Shown: in pieces, positions 47,701 to 58,700 of the stretch
Layout: every line of letters begins with the position of its first letter
Numbering within the stretch: position 1 is the first letter of the stretch
Assembly: GCA_001724245.1 (NCBI GenBank)
Contig: MEDX01000016.1
Location: 1-64,000 of the forward strand
Length of the DNA stretch: 64,000 nt
Reading direction: 5' to 3'
Source: Fonticula-like sp. SCN 57-25
Lineage: Eukaryota
The notes under the pieces: generated by a model
Told to the model about the DNA's origin: nothing
Database searches by the model: none
The model's input: the letters and a program-made list of their open reading frames with translations, nothing else
Program-made: the position numbers and the translations under genes

Positions 47701-48611
47701 GACGGGTTGGCACGAGCAAGCTGCTCGATATCGCAGGAAATGCTCATGAGGCCGCCGAGGCACGCGACATAATGCTCTTCCGTGCTGAGCAGCTCCTTGT
47801 ACAGGTTCGCGAGCTTTTCATTGTTGGTGCTCCGCGCGGGCGCCACGGTCGAGTCGGCGAGGCCGCTCGACGACGTCTGGTGGTCAAGGAACCGCCCCGC
47901 GGTCTTGACGATCGACTCGTCGCTGTCAAGAATAAAGGCGTCAACCTCAGCCGAGCCAGCCAGCTAGCACACAGGTAAGCTCTACGTTATATAAAGTCAA
48001 TATTCGCACCATGTACTCGCGATCGAGCTCGTAGAGGCGGGCGCACAGCTGGCCGACGTGGAGCGGTGTGAGCTGCAAGAGAAGCGACGAGGTCTCGATG
48101 GTGAGCCACTGGGTGCAGCCATCCATGCGCGCGTAGACGTCAAAGGCAGTGGTGAGCATCTTGTTGAGCGACTCCTTGCGCTTGCGCAGGGCGCCGTTCG
48201 AGTAATACGCGTTCACAGACACAACGTGCTTGCCGGTGCCGCTGCGCACAACGACGACGGCGGGCGTCGACGCATTAATCTCCTCTGCGGGAACGGTAAA
48301 GACAATCATTTTGAGGCGCTCGTCGTTGAAATAGTAGTGAACGTGCTCTGATGGCGCACATCAGTACATTTGCGGAAAGGACAGGAGAATCACGAGACGT
48401 ACGGTCGCATGCGCCGGCCATCTCGCAAGGAAGCGGCTCGACGGTGGGCGCAGTTGCCGTCGTGGGCGAACCGGCCTGCGCGCCCGTCTTATCATACTTG
48501 AACCCGTACTGGTCAAGCGTGCTCATGATGTCCGCCTACCTCCATGTCAGATTGGCCGCACAAGGGACAAGTGAATGATCGTACATGAAAGCGGCCCTGA
48601 GCACCAGCCAT
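44719..48611 (-). CDS. DH-PH Rho guanine nucleotide exchange factor with a Bud3/Gef2-like N-terminal region, about 10 introns
   Basis: DH domain ELLSTEEHYV...LTDLLIEPVQRLPRYVILV; PH domain LFLFNDHLMFAKK; low-complexity S/T-P-rich C-terminus. Confidence 0.85.
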
Positions 48612-48612
48612 C

Positions 48613-48837
48613 TTTAAACGGCAGCTAGCGGGAAGCCCTCTACAACAGCCGTGTTATATGCTCCTCGACACGGCGAGCGGTGTGTCAAGTGCTCTGGAGG
48701 CTAAAGCGTGCTTGAGCTCACACGATGTATAAAAGCAAACGGTAGTTTGAAACGTGTAACGGTCGATACGATTACGTGGCGAACGATTGGATGACGTAGC
48801 ACTAGATCTAATACGCGATTGGTTCAATCTGGCCAAT
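48613..48837. promoter_or_regulatory. Candidate G2/M-type promoter (MYB, CHR and CCAAT motifs) upstream of the RhoGEF
   Basis: AACGG at 48617, 48738 and 48758; TTTAAA 48613; TTTGAA 48746; ATTGG at 48786 and 48818; CCAAT 48833. Confidence 0.55.
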
Positions 48838-49150
48838 CACGATACAGCTGGGAGAGGCCGACGACATAGTCAGCAGAGTAAGATGCTCAGGGCTGACAGC
48901 AAAATAGGGAGCAGGCGCTCGACACAGCCGCGGGCAGGCTTCTTTTCCATGGTACTCTTAATGACATACCGCGCGCTTGCCGAACCCGGCTCGAGCAAAG
49001 TTATGCATAGTTTGCATAGTTTGCATTCTTGGTGATGATGACGCAATCAAGGTATTTTCGGCTCAATTGTCTGCCTCAGGAACCCCTTAAAAACCCCCGC
49101 TGCGCTCCTCGCAAGGCAGTCTGCTGTCCTCCCACACACCTGCTCTCAAG

Positions 49151-50660
49151 ATGGAGACCCAGCGCAACGAAATCTCTCTCACCTCCGCGTCCGAGTACGC
49201 CAATGTTCCCTTCACGCCCACCAAGATGCTCGGCATGGCGAGCCTGGTGGTACGTATTGCGCTGGCCCGATGACCCCGAGCTCACGCTGTCTTAGGCGCC
49301 GACCCTGTCCGAGTCGCATGAATCGCGCACGCCTGTCGACATCGTCTGCGTCATCGACCGCAGCGGGTCAATGTCCGGCTCCAAGTTGAACATGACCAAG
49401 GAAACCCTCAAGTTTCTCGTCTCTCGTGCGTCGCCTCTTTGCCGGCGGGCCGGTCGACTTACACTTTATAGAGCTCGACAGTCGCGATCAGATCGCGCTC
49501 GTCATGTTTGACACTACGGTCGAGACTATCTTTCCCTTCACGAGCACCTCGAGTTCTGCAAAGGAGCGCATCAACGAGGTCATTGACAAGCTCAAAGTCG
49601 GCGCGTCGACCAACTTGTCCGGCGGCCTGATGCAGGGCATCTCGCTGACCCCCACGCGCACCCGCAAGAACCGCGTCTGCTCGGTCCTGCTCTTCACGGA
49701 CGGGCAGGCGAACGCCGGCGTCCAGGACCCGACGCAGCTCAAGGAGCTGACGGCCAAGGCGATCGGCAACTTGGAGGACGCCTGCACCATCTTCACCTTT
49801 GGATTCGGGTCTGACCACGACGCGGACCTCCTGCGCGGCCTCGCCCAGGTCGGAAAGGGCATGTACTACTACCTGGAGTCGACAGAGAGCATTCCTTCGA
49901 GCTTTGCCGACTGCCTCGGCGGCCTCCAGTCGGTCGTCGCGCAGAATGTGCACCTCACGGTCAATGCCACAGACGGCGCCAAGGTGCTCCGGTCCCTGTC
50001 GCGCTTCCCCCTGGTCTCGCCCGTGTCCTTCCCCGCTACGTCGTACGTTCTTTCGCATCCGATACAGTGATTTGCTCACGCTGCTGCTTTAGGTTCACGC
50101 TCGACCTGGGCGACCTCTACAGCGAGGAGAACCGCGATCTGATTGTCGAGTTTGAGCTGCCCGCGTGCGACCCCGCCGAGCGCTTTTCGTATGTGCAGTA
50201 CTCGCTGTCGTACTTTAACATCCAGGAGGCTGCTGCTCGGACGGTCGCGTCAGAGTCGTTTGTGCGGCGCCAGACCGCGACCAAGGACGCCAGCGAGCGG
50301 CGCGACGAGCGCATCGATATGCACGCCATGCGCATCCAGGCCGCCGACTCGATGGAGCAGGCGACGAAGCTGGTTCAGCAGAATGATACCGACGCTGCGC
50401 GCGCCGTCATCCGCGAAACGTTGGACCAGTTCCGCTCGGCGACGTCGTCGAGTTCTGCCATGGGCAAGCAGATCATTGCCGAGATGGAGATGCTCAGCCT
50501 CGAGTCGGACTATCAGCGCGCCACCTCGTACATGGCGTCGCGTTCCATGCAGCATCAGCAGCAGCGCGCCGCCGACGAGTCCAGTGACTTTGACATGTAC
50601 AGCAACAACGCCAAGAAGCGTAGCAAGTTTTCTGCCCTGTCGCGTTCCAAGAAGCCGTAA
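49151..50660 (+). CDS. von Willebrand factor A domain protein, 3 introns
   Basis: MIDAS motif IVCVIDRSGSM, STNLSGGL, LLFTDGQAN, TFGFGSDHD, FADCLGGLQSVVAQ, LGDLYSEENRD and C-terminal HQQQR. Confidence 0.88.
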
Positions 50661-50886
50661 GCAGCCTTTTGTGATTGCGCTCCTACCTATCGAGCCCATC
50701 GTTTGTCCTTTTGTTGTTTGCGTTTCACATGATGCCAGTACTTTGTATTAAAACAATATAAATAAGTTGCTCTCAAAAACAGATATATGGATGGATATAT
50801 GAAACATGGATATATAGCACTGATTCGAAGCGGCCTGGGGCATCATGGGTCCTTGGAATCCTTAGTCGCTGACGCATGCCTGCAGC

Positions 50887-51399
50887 TTAGAGCGACATGT
50901 CGACGCAACCGTCGCTATCAAACATCATGCCCTCCCTGGACGAAAACTCCCAGAGAATGTCGTCGGGGTCAGCAACGTTGGCCGTGGTGGTGCCCCAGGG
51001 GGTCTTCTCGGGCTTGACGATGCTGCGGGCGCCCGCGGCAACAAACTTGTCGTGCAGCTCCTGAACCTCCTCGGCAGTCTCGGTAAAATAGCCGACGGCC
51101 ACCGACGGCACGATAAAGTCCGAGGTGCCGTCGATCTTGGCGAGCTTGCTCGCCGGCTCACTGGCGGCAGCCTTTTCGATGTCGCCAGCCTTGCTGTCCT
51201 TGTGCTCGCCCTTGGCACGCAGAGACTCTTGGACTGTAGCGCGATCGTAGATGCACACGGCGATCTTGCCGGTCTGGAAGAAGCAGACATGATCGGTCTC
51301 TGAACGCTTGCCGACCTTCCAGCCGAGGGACTGGTAAAACTTGCGCGAGGCGGGGACGCTGCGCACAGCAAACAGGATGAAGTGAACCGGGAGGGTCAT
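50887..51399 (-). CDS. VOC/glyoxalase-bleomycin resistance family protein, copy 1, intronless
   Basis: LFAVRSVPASRKFYQSLGW, AAGARSIVKPEKTPWG and ADPDDILWEF. Confidence 0.88.
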   Translation of the reverse strand: MTLPVHFILFAVRSVPASRKFYQSLGWKVGKRSETDHVCFFQTGKIAVCIYDRATVQESLRAKGEHKDSKAGDIEKAAASEPASKLAKIDGTSDFIVPSVAVGYFTETAEEVQELHDKFVAAGARSIVKPEKTPWGTTTANVADPDDILWEFSSREGMMFDSDGCVDMSL

Positions 51400-51478
51400 G
51401 GTTGGAGGGTGGAGGCGCTCGAGTCGAGAGAGGAAGAGGGCGAGGAGGGAAGTGCAGGAGTGGCACCCGGAAACCCCC

Positions 51479-51486
51479 TATAAATA
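51479..51486. promoter_or_regulatory. TATA-like element conserved in both VOC 5' flanks (also 52614-52621)
   Basis: CCCCTATAAATACTCCAT is identical about 80 bp upstream of both VOC start codons. Confidence 0.45.
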
Positions 51487-51618
51487 CTCCATTTCAGGTA
51501 GCGCGGCAGTGGCGAACAGTGCTTGGCTCACCGCTACCAGAGCGCCACCACCGGTCAGGGGAGTTGCGCAACACGATGTCCACGTGGCCATCGACAGATT
51601 GCTTTTGCTGCAACAGTG

Positions 51619-51765
51619 GCGCATCGGTCCTCGCAAACGGCGATCCAGCATAGCTTTGTGCATGTGCTTTAAAGGACTTTTGGCGCCCGCCTCTGGCCGA
51701 CGTGAAGCTATGGCCGGGTCTATCTGATTCTATTGAACATAGTGGCCAGTGGCCGGGTTCTCTTC
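51619..51765 (+). pseudogene. Decayed duplicate fragment of UBR4 exon 2
   Basis: TGGCGCCCGCCTCTGGCCGACGTGAAGCTATGGCC (51681 on) matches TGGCGCTCGCCTCCTGGCCGACGTGAAGCTATGGCC (53851 on). Flanks align to 53773-53936 with indels. Confidence 0.85.
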
Positions 51766-51991
51766 ACCAAGCCCATTACTTGCCCTCTGCGGTTTACGTT
51801 TACGTTTTGAGTTGCAAGTACTTGTATTAAAAACTTCACAAAAATATAGAAACTAGTTGTGAACACTTGGTGATATATGGAATGGTTTGAACTGCGGCAT
51901 TGACGTTGGTACTGATTCGCCCAAATTGGCCCGGGGCATGCGGGCAAAGTCCTTCGAATATTGGTCGCAACTAGTTCAGCATGCACACAGC

Positions 51992-52534
51992 CTAGAGCGA
52001 CATGTCGATGCACCCGTCGCTATCAAACGTCAGGCCCTCCCTCGACATAAACTCCCAGAGGACGTTGTCGGGGTCGGCGACGTTGGCCGTAGTGGTGCCC
52101 CACGGCGTCTGCTTCGGCTTGACGATGCTGCGAGCGCCCGCGGCAACAAACTTGTCGTGCATCTCCTGAACCTCCTCAGCAGTCTGAGTAAAGAAGCAGA
52201 CGGCTACAGGCGGCACGATAAAGTCCGACGTGTCGTCGGTCTTGGCGCGCTTGCTCGCCGGCTCATCCGCAGCAGCATCGCCTTCGGCGGCAGCCTTCTT
52301 CTCGGTGTCGTCCTTTTCAACAGCCTTGGCGTCCTCGTCGTTGTTCTTGGTGCGCAGAGACTCTTGGAATGATGCGCGATCGTAGATGCACACGGCGACC
52401 TTGCCCGTCTGGAAGAAGCAACAATCGTCACTTTCTGAAAACTTGCCGACCTTCCATCCCAGCGACTCGTAAAACTTGCGCGATGCGGGGACGCTACTCA
52501 CAGCAAAGGAGACCAGGTGGATCGGGTGGGCCAT
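51992..52534 (-). CDS. VOC/glyoxalase-bleomycin resistance family protein, copy 2, intronless
   Basis: Close paralog of 50887-51399: VSFAVSSVPASRKFYESLGW, KPKQTPWG and ADPDNVLWEF. Confidence 0.88.
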   Translation of the reverse strand: MAHPIHLVSFAVSSVPASRKFYESLGWKVGKFSESDDCCFFQTGKVAVCIYDRASFQESLRTKNNDEDAKAVEKDDTEKKAAAEGDAAADEPASKRAKTDDTSDFIVPPVAVCFFTQTAEEVQEMHDKFVAAGARSIVKPKQTPWGTTTANVADPDNVLWEFMSREGLTFDSDGCIDMSL

Positions 52535-52757
52535 TGTTGGAAAGAGGTTACGGTCGCGTCGACAGAGGAAGAGGGTGCCGAGGGAAGTGCGAGAGGGGCC
52601 CCTGGAAAACCCCTATAAATACTCCATGTTGTGGTGGCGCGACAGTGGCGAACACACTGCATTCTGCCGCAACTTGTCCACCACCACGATATCCACGTGG
52701 CCATCAGCAGTTTGCATTTTGCACTGGGTACTGCTCTGTCTGCGCGGGGAGTTCGTC

Positions 52758-55700
52758 ATGGACGGAGCCGTGCGGCCGAGCAACGGTGAAACAGGGCGCT
52801 CGGACGGAGCAAACCGAGAGCTAGATGGTATACCAGAGGGTTCGCCTCTGGCGACAGAGGCGGCGCCTTTAAGTGCTGTATCGCCCGCTGATGACGAAGC
52901 TCGTGCGGTGGTTGGCATGCTGACCCAGTCAGGGACCGGGATGGCGTCCGAGGCTGTAGAACGGTTAAACAAATTCCTTGCTGCATGCAAGGGCGTTTCC
53001 ACATTGGACTCTACACTGCTGCCGCTGTATTTAAGACTAGTCTATCGTGCGTCCCGCCTTGTTGTCGAGAGCAACTCAAAGGAGGTGGACGAAAGGTCTG
53101 CTTTGCATGCGGTGGCGGGCGCCTTCAAGATTGCACTCGAGCACGCGCGTGAGTGGTCCGAGGGTGCTGCCGAGACGCTGTCCGACGTGGTTTTGTTTGC
53201 TTTGCATGCCGCGCAGCTGCTTTTGAGAAGCAAGGAGGCGCTTCCGGCGCTTCATGATGACCTTGATGCGGATGACGCAAACGCTGCCAGCCTCGTCCGG
53301 CAGCTGATGGCGGATGCGGCCGAGCACGCGGTGACCAAGGCTTCTGCCGCGGGACCCAGTTACCTTTCGCGTTTTCGAAGCATTGTTAGCGGGAAGGAGG
53401 TCGCAGCGCCCCCCTCGCTCGAGTCGGATCTGCGTGCGCTCTGGGTAGAAACCCACAACGGGCCAGAGCTTCTCCTTTCGCTCGCCGCCAAGCTGTTGAA
53501 CAAGGGTCATGTCCAATGTGCACACGGCGCCGTGTCCCTTGCAATTACCACGACAGACTCCCAAATTGGTGCGTTTTATTATCCAATTGTCTATACCTAA
53601 CTTCAGGTGTAGCTCGACATGCGCTTCACGCCAGCACGGTGCACATTTTTTCGTATATTTCATCATACAATGCTGCTGACTTGACACCGGCACACCTGAT
53701 TCTGGGCGTGGATGCGTGCGAATTCTTGAGCGACGCCAGCGCTGCAAAGGTACTTCTATTCGCCGTCCTTATGCGCAAGGTCCTGGCAGACGGCGCGATC
53801 CAACCTGGCTTCTCGCACGTGCTTTCCATTGCCTCGCCCGCCAGTAGCCTTGGCGCTCGCCTCCTGGCCGACGTGAAGCTATGGCCCGGGGCTCCCTCAC
53901 TCGACACTATCGAGCAGAGCCGCGGGTGGCTCTTTCGTGCTCTTGGGAACCAGGACGCGGTGGTCGTGCTGCTCCGCCAGCTGCACATGATCACATTGTC
54001 GCGCTCGTTTATTGATGACGTCACAGTCAAGGCGGCGCCTGTTGACGAGTGGTCATTCCTGACCATGGACGATGACACGATCACCGGTTCTATGTTTGCC
54101 CCGCCCGAGAAGGCGTTGGGTGCCGATGCTGCGCTCGATACTGAATCAGGTGAGAAGGACTTTGCGTCATTGTGCGACGTGATTGGCGATTCAATTGTTG
54201 CGATTGTCACTTTTATGCCGAGTTCCGAGCACGACGATGCCGCCACAAACGAGTTCGTCAAGCTGTTGACCGAGGCAGGGAACCAAGACGCGGAACACAA
54301 GGCTGGTCAAGAAGCAGGCTTTAGCAAGTCGGGCCCCGCAAGCGCCATGCGCAAAGTCTTTGTGTGCCTTGCCGCCTCGCGGGCATCCATGATCGCGACG
54401 CTTGTCGGCTTGGACGCGTCCAGTGCCGCGAGCAGGCAGGCAACGCCCGAGGTGACGTTCATGCTGGCCGTTTCCGCGGCCCTTTCAGAATCGAGCGACC
54501 TTGCTCTGAGCTTTGTTTCATATTACATCAGCCGGCTCGAGCATGCGTGTCGGTCCCCGCTGACGCGCGAGGGCCTCTCGTGGCTCGGCTGGGAGCCCAC
54601 CATTGCGGCGGTTTCGCTTTGGCAGACGCTGTCCGCCGAGCAAAGGGACGCAGCGCTCGGCCGTGCAGTTGCGTTGCTGAAGAGCACCGGGGAGGATACG
54701 TGCTCCGTGGCGCTCATCTCGTTGCTGCAATTCATCGAAGGTACGAACAACATTATATTTGGCATGCAATCTTACACGTGGCAGTTCTTGCAGTAGTGAA
54801 CGACGACGAGGCGGCTTCCCACTTTGTCGCGACACACTTTGAGCATCTTTTCGGGCTCACGTTGCGCCCCGTTGACGCGCCCAATTTCCTCGACATCTTT
54901 GCCACAACCACGCACATTTCTTGCGTGCTGGCGAACGGTTCGACGGTGTCGTTCCCGCTGTTTTCGTTCCGTCTTTCAAGGCATAGCAAGCTTGAGCCCT
55001 CCACTGTCCAAGGTGACGTGTGGCATACAACGGTTCCTACTGTGCTTAAGCTCCTTGCGAGCTCGGTGAAACGCGAATCGCGCATGCCCGATGCTGCTGC
55101 AGTGAATGCGGTTCTCTCGACTTTCCTTCTGGGCGCCGGTACTTTTGACCAACCGCACGAGGTTGTTCACCAGGCGCTTGAGCTCATGACTGCCGCGAAG
55201 GGACATGCTGCGGACGCCGTCGCGCTCACCGCACTTTCCCTCTTTGTGGAGCGCCACCTTGGTTCGATTCCCGCCGAGAGCTGCGAGTCTTTTGTTCCGC
55301 ATCTGGAGGGCCTGCTGAAGCTCGGCCCGCGCCTGGTTCGTTCCGCATACGAATATGCTGCCAGCAAGACGATTCTTGTGGACCCTCGCGAGCGTGAGCT
55401 GCTTGTCGCTGCGCTCGAGATTTCTGATGGCGAAAAGGCCTCTTGGGTGGAGATTGGCGGTATTGCCTTGCCCTCCATGCGTGGATTGTCAAAGGTGCGT
55501 TTCCAAGCTTGCTATTACCACCTACTGACGCATATTTTTAGATTGCAAACCCAACAGAGAGCAACGCGACTGAACCACTTTCGGTTGCCAGCATGACGCT
55601 TGCCGACAATGAGCATGTCGCGGTCGTTCTGTCTCTTCGGGCTCTTTTGCGCACCACCCGCGCCCTCTTTACTGCGATGCTCGAGTCCCACTCGGACGCC

Positions 55701-58700
55701 GCTTCCTTGCGCTCGATCCTCTCAAAGAATTTCACGGTGAGCCGCACCGCCGGCTACGCGGATGCCGCGGGCATGTCGGATGCACTCTGCACTCTTGCCG
55801 ACATTGGCGAGGCAGTTGACGCGCACGTTCGCGACAACAAGGACGCGGCGCGCGTCGCCATGCTAAAGGCGCTCGCCGCTAACCCGCCGCCTGCGCACGA
55901 CGACGTTTGGTACAAGATTGCGACCGAGGCATTCAAGCGTGGGTCGCACATGTCGGGGCAGCGGGCAGCGGAAGCGCTTGCGGCCTACATGGTTCTTCAA
56001 GGCCGATCCAACGACGCGCGCGAGAATGCCGATGAGCCATTGACGCTTGTGAGCAAGGCGGCGTTGAGCGCGGGCGAAGCGCGGGCCCGTCTTTTGTCCG
56101 CGCTTCCGATTGATGATCTCAAGGCCTGGCTGCGTAGCACGGTCGTGAAGCCGGTCTCGAGCGGTTTGATTGAGGACACTGTGAAGGCGCTTGTGAGCGA
56201 CGATGGCGCCAGCGCGTCTCTCCTGTATGACGCCGCGTTGGAGTTGATACCGACGAGCGTGCTCAGTGCGCCGTCGAGCAGCATGGCTGGCTTGCTTCGC
56301 TGCATCTCGGTGTTGCTCAAGGACGCTCGGCAGGTGGAAGCCTTTTTGGCCACTGTCGAGACGCACTTGCGCTCCCGTGCGACCGCCATGTCAACGATGG
56401 CCCCCGACGTCTGCCTCACAGAGGACGCTTTTCTCAATGAAATCGAGCTCATCCGCCACGCAGCCGCGTACTCGCTGGACAAGGACCGCCTCGTCGAGTT
56501 TGCCAAGGTGTGCGACCTGGCGTGGACGGCCCCGTCCGACCTAAAGTTTAGGCCTCGGGTGCCGTTCGCGAGGCTTTACACAGACTCTGGAAAGAGAAGC
56601 GCTGCCGAGGAGAAGGATGGCATCGTTCTTGATAGCGATGGTCGCCTCATCGAGCCTGAATCTGATTCGGCAGCTCCGGCGGCTAGTGGAAAGGCTGCGG
56701 CCGCGCCGAGCCAGCTGTGCACCTTTGAGGCGACGGGCAGCGAGTTTGTCGACCAACACTGGTACTGCTGCTACACCTGCGGGCTGAACGGCTCCGAGGG
56801 ATGCTGCAGTGTGTGCGTGGATGTCTGCCACAAGGGCCATGATGTGACGTATATGCGCCGTTCGCGCTTCTTTTGCGACTGTGGCGTGCGCGCGGGGCGG
56901 TGCAAGGCTCGCAAGGGTGGCCGCGTGGCCTCGCCCCCGACTGTGCCCTCGAGCACGACGCCGGCTATTGACGTGGAGGCCGTCCGCCTTCAAGAGGACT
57001 GGGAGATGGCCCGCCGCGCCGTTTCCGCTCGGCTCCAGCGGCCGCTTGTATTCGAGAACATTCCCAAGCCTGCCCCGCGTTCGTCGCTTGCCACGGTTGC
57101 GGCCGAGTACATGAAGGGCGTTGTCGTTGCAACGAATGCGCTTTATCAGCGCACCGCGGCGGCCGTTGCTCAACCCGAGGCCGCTTTCAAGTTTGGGTCG
57201 TTGCGGTTTTCGCCTAGCGAGATTGTTCGCTCGTCGCCGCTCATTAGCCTGCCCAAGGGACAGAGCCGGCCTTCTCGCTGGAATGTGGACGAGGGCCGGA
57301 CTCAGCGCCAGCTCATGAGCGATGGCGTCCTGACAAAGCGGCACCTGGCTATCTCTGCAAGCCAGCTTTTGGTGATCCGCGAGGGCGACTATGCCGGCGT
57401 TTCCTTGGACATTGCCAAGGATGGCGCGGTCAAGGCCGATTCGCCGAGCACCACGAATTTGCTGTCGTTTGGATTCAAGGTGATTTCCTCTGTTGTGAAC
57501 CCGGTGGAGCCGACGTTCATGGTGGTGCTGGGCTTGCGCGACGTGGTGGTGTGTACGATCGATCCTGCGTCACCAGGCAACTTTTCTGAACGCCTCACTC
57601 TGGATGTCTCGGGCGAACTCGACTCTTTCTACGTCATCAAGGCCGAGTGGCTGCCGCAATCCGTACGACACACCCATAGTGACGCTTTGGCTAACATAAC
57701 GAACAGAGGACGCACCTGGCTGTTACCACCAACCACGCCGTGTTTATCTTTGACCTCTCTGTCGACGCGCAGTTTCCAAAGTACTACCTTGTGCTCGAGG
57801 ATGACACGTTCATCGTGGACTCTACGGTTGCGTTGGACAAGGAGGCCTTGGCTGCGTCGAACAAGGCAAGCGGCCGGGCGCACTTGATGAGCTCCAGTAG
57901 CCTCGAGTCGATGGTGGTTGCGCACGCAACCCTCTTTGTCTTGTCCCAGAACGGCGTAATCCACCTCCAGTCGTTGCAGCACGGCGCCAACGAAGGCCGT
58001 TTCCCGCTCACTATGGGGCTCGAGAACATTTGCGACGACGAGTCAGAACAGCTCGTGATGCGCAAGGGTCATGCCATCTGCTATGCCAACCACAGCCGCC
58101 TGCTCATCTACAGTTTTGCTGATGGTATGTGAATTGTTTTGTTTTACCTTTTCTTACTCTTAATAGGCGAGACGATGATGGCGCGCCTGTCGACTGACAT
58201 GCTGCAGATTGTGGAAAAGTTCCAGCTGTGTCCCCGTCGCGACTCGTCCCAGTCCTCGGGCGACGAGGCTCCCAGCGCCGACTTGTATCGCTTCCACAAG
58301 GCCGCGCCATGGGCAGACTTTAGCGAGTGCGCATTCGACGATCGCATTGTGCTCGTCGCGAGGTCGCGCCGCCACGCGCAGGCGATTGCGCTGCAATGGA
58401 ATCGTCCGGTTGCCCCCGGCTTTGATCTGTCTTTCGCTCCTTCTAGCGCGTCAACACCTATTCAGTTCCAGTTCTTGCCTGGGTATCGCGAAGGGCGCGG
58501 CATCGACGCGATTGTGTTGGCCACGCCGGCGAATAGCGAGCCATTCTTTGTGACGCACAATCAGGACGACAGCGTGTCGTGCGCCCGGGTCGTACCTGCT
58601 CCCGCAGCAGCCAGCTCGCCCCTGCTCTCGCGGCAGGAGATTATCCTCCATAGGGCCGGGACGGACGCCGAGGAAACTATTGCGTCGTCCGATATTTCGC

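Noticed and set aside
50300-50660. Possible Hint/intein (Vint-type) domain after the VWA domain
   Set aside because: The protein stops shortly after HQQQR, with no Cys-initiated Hint domain.
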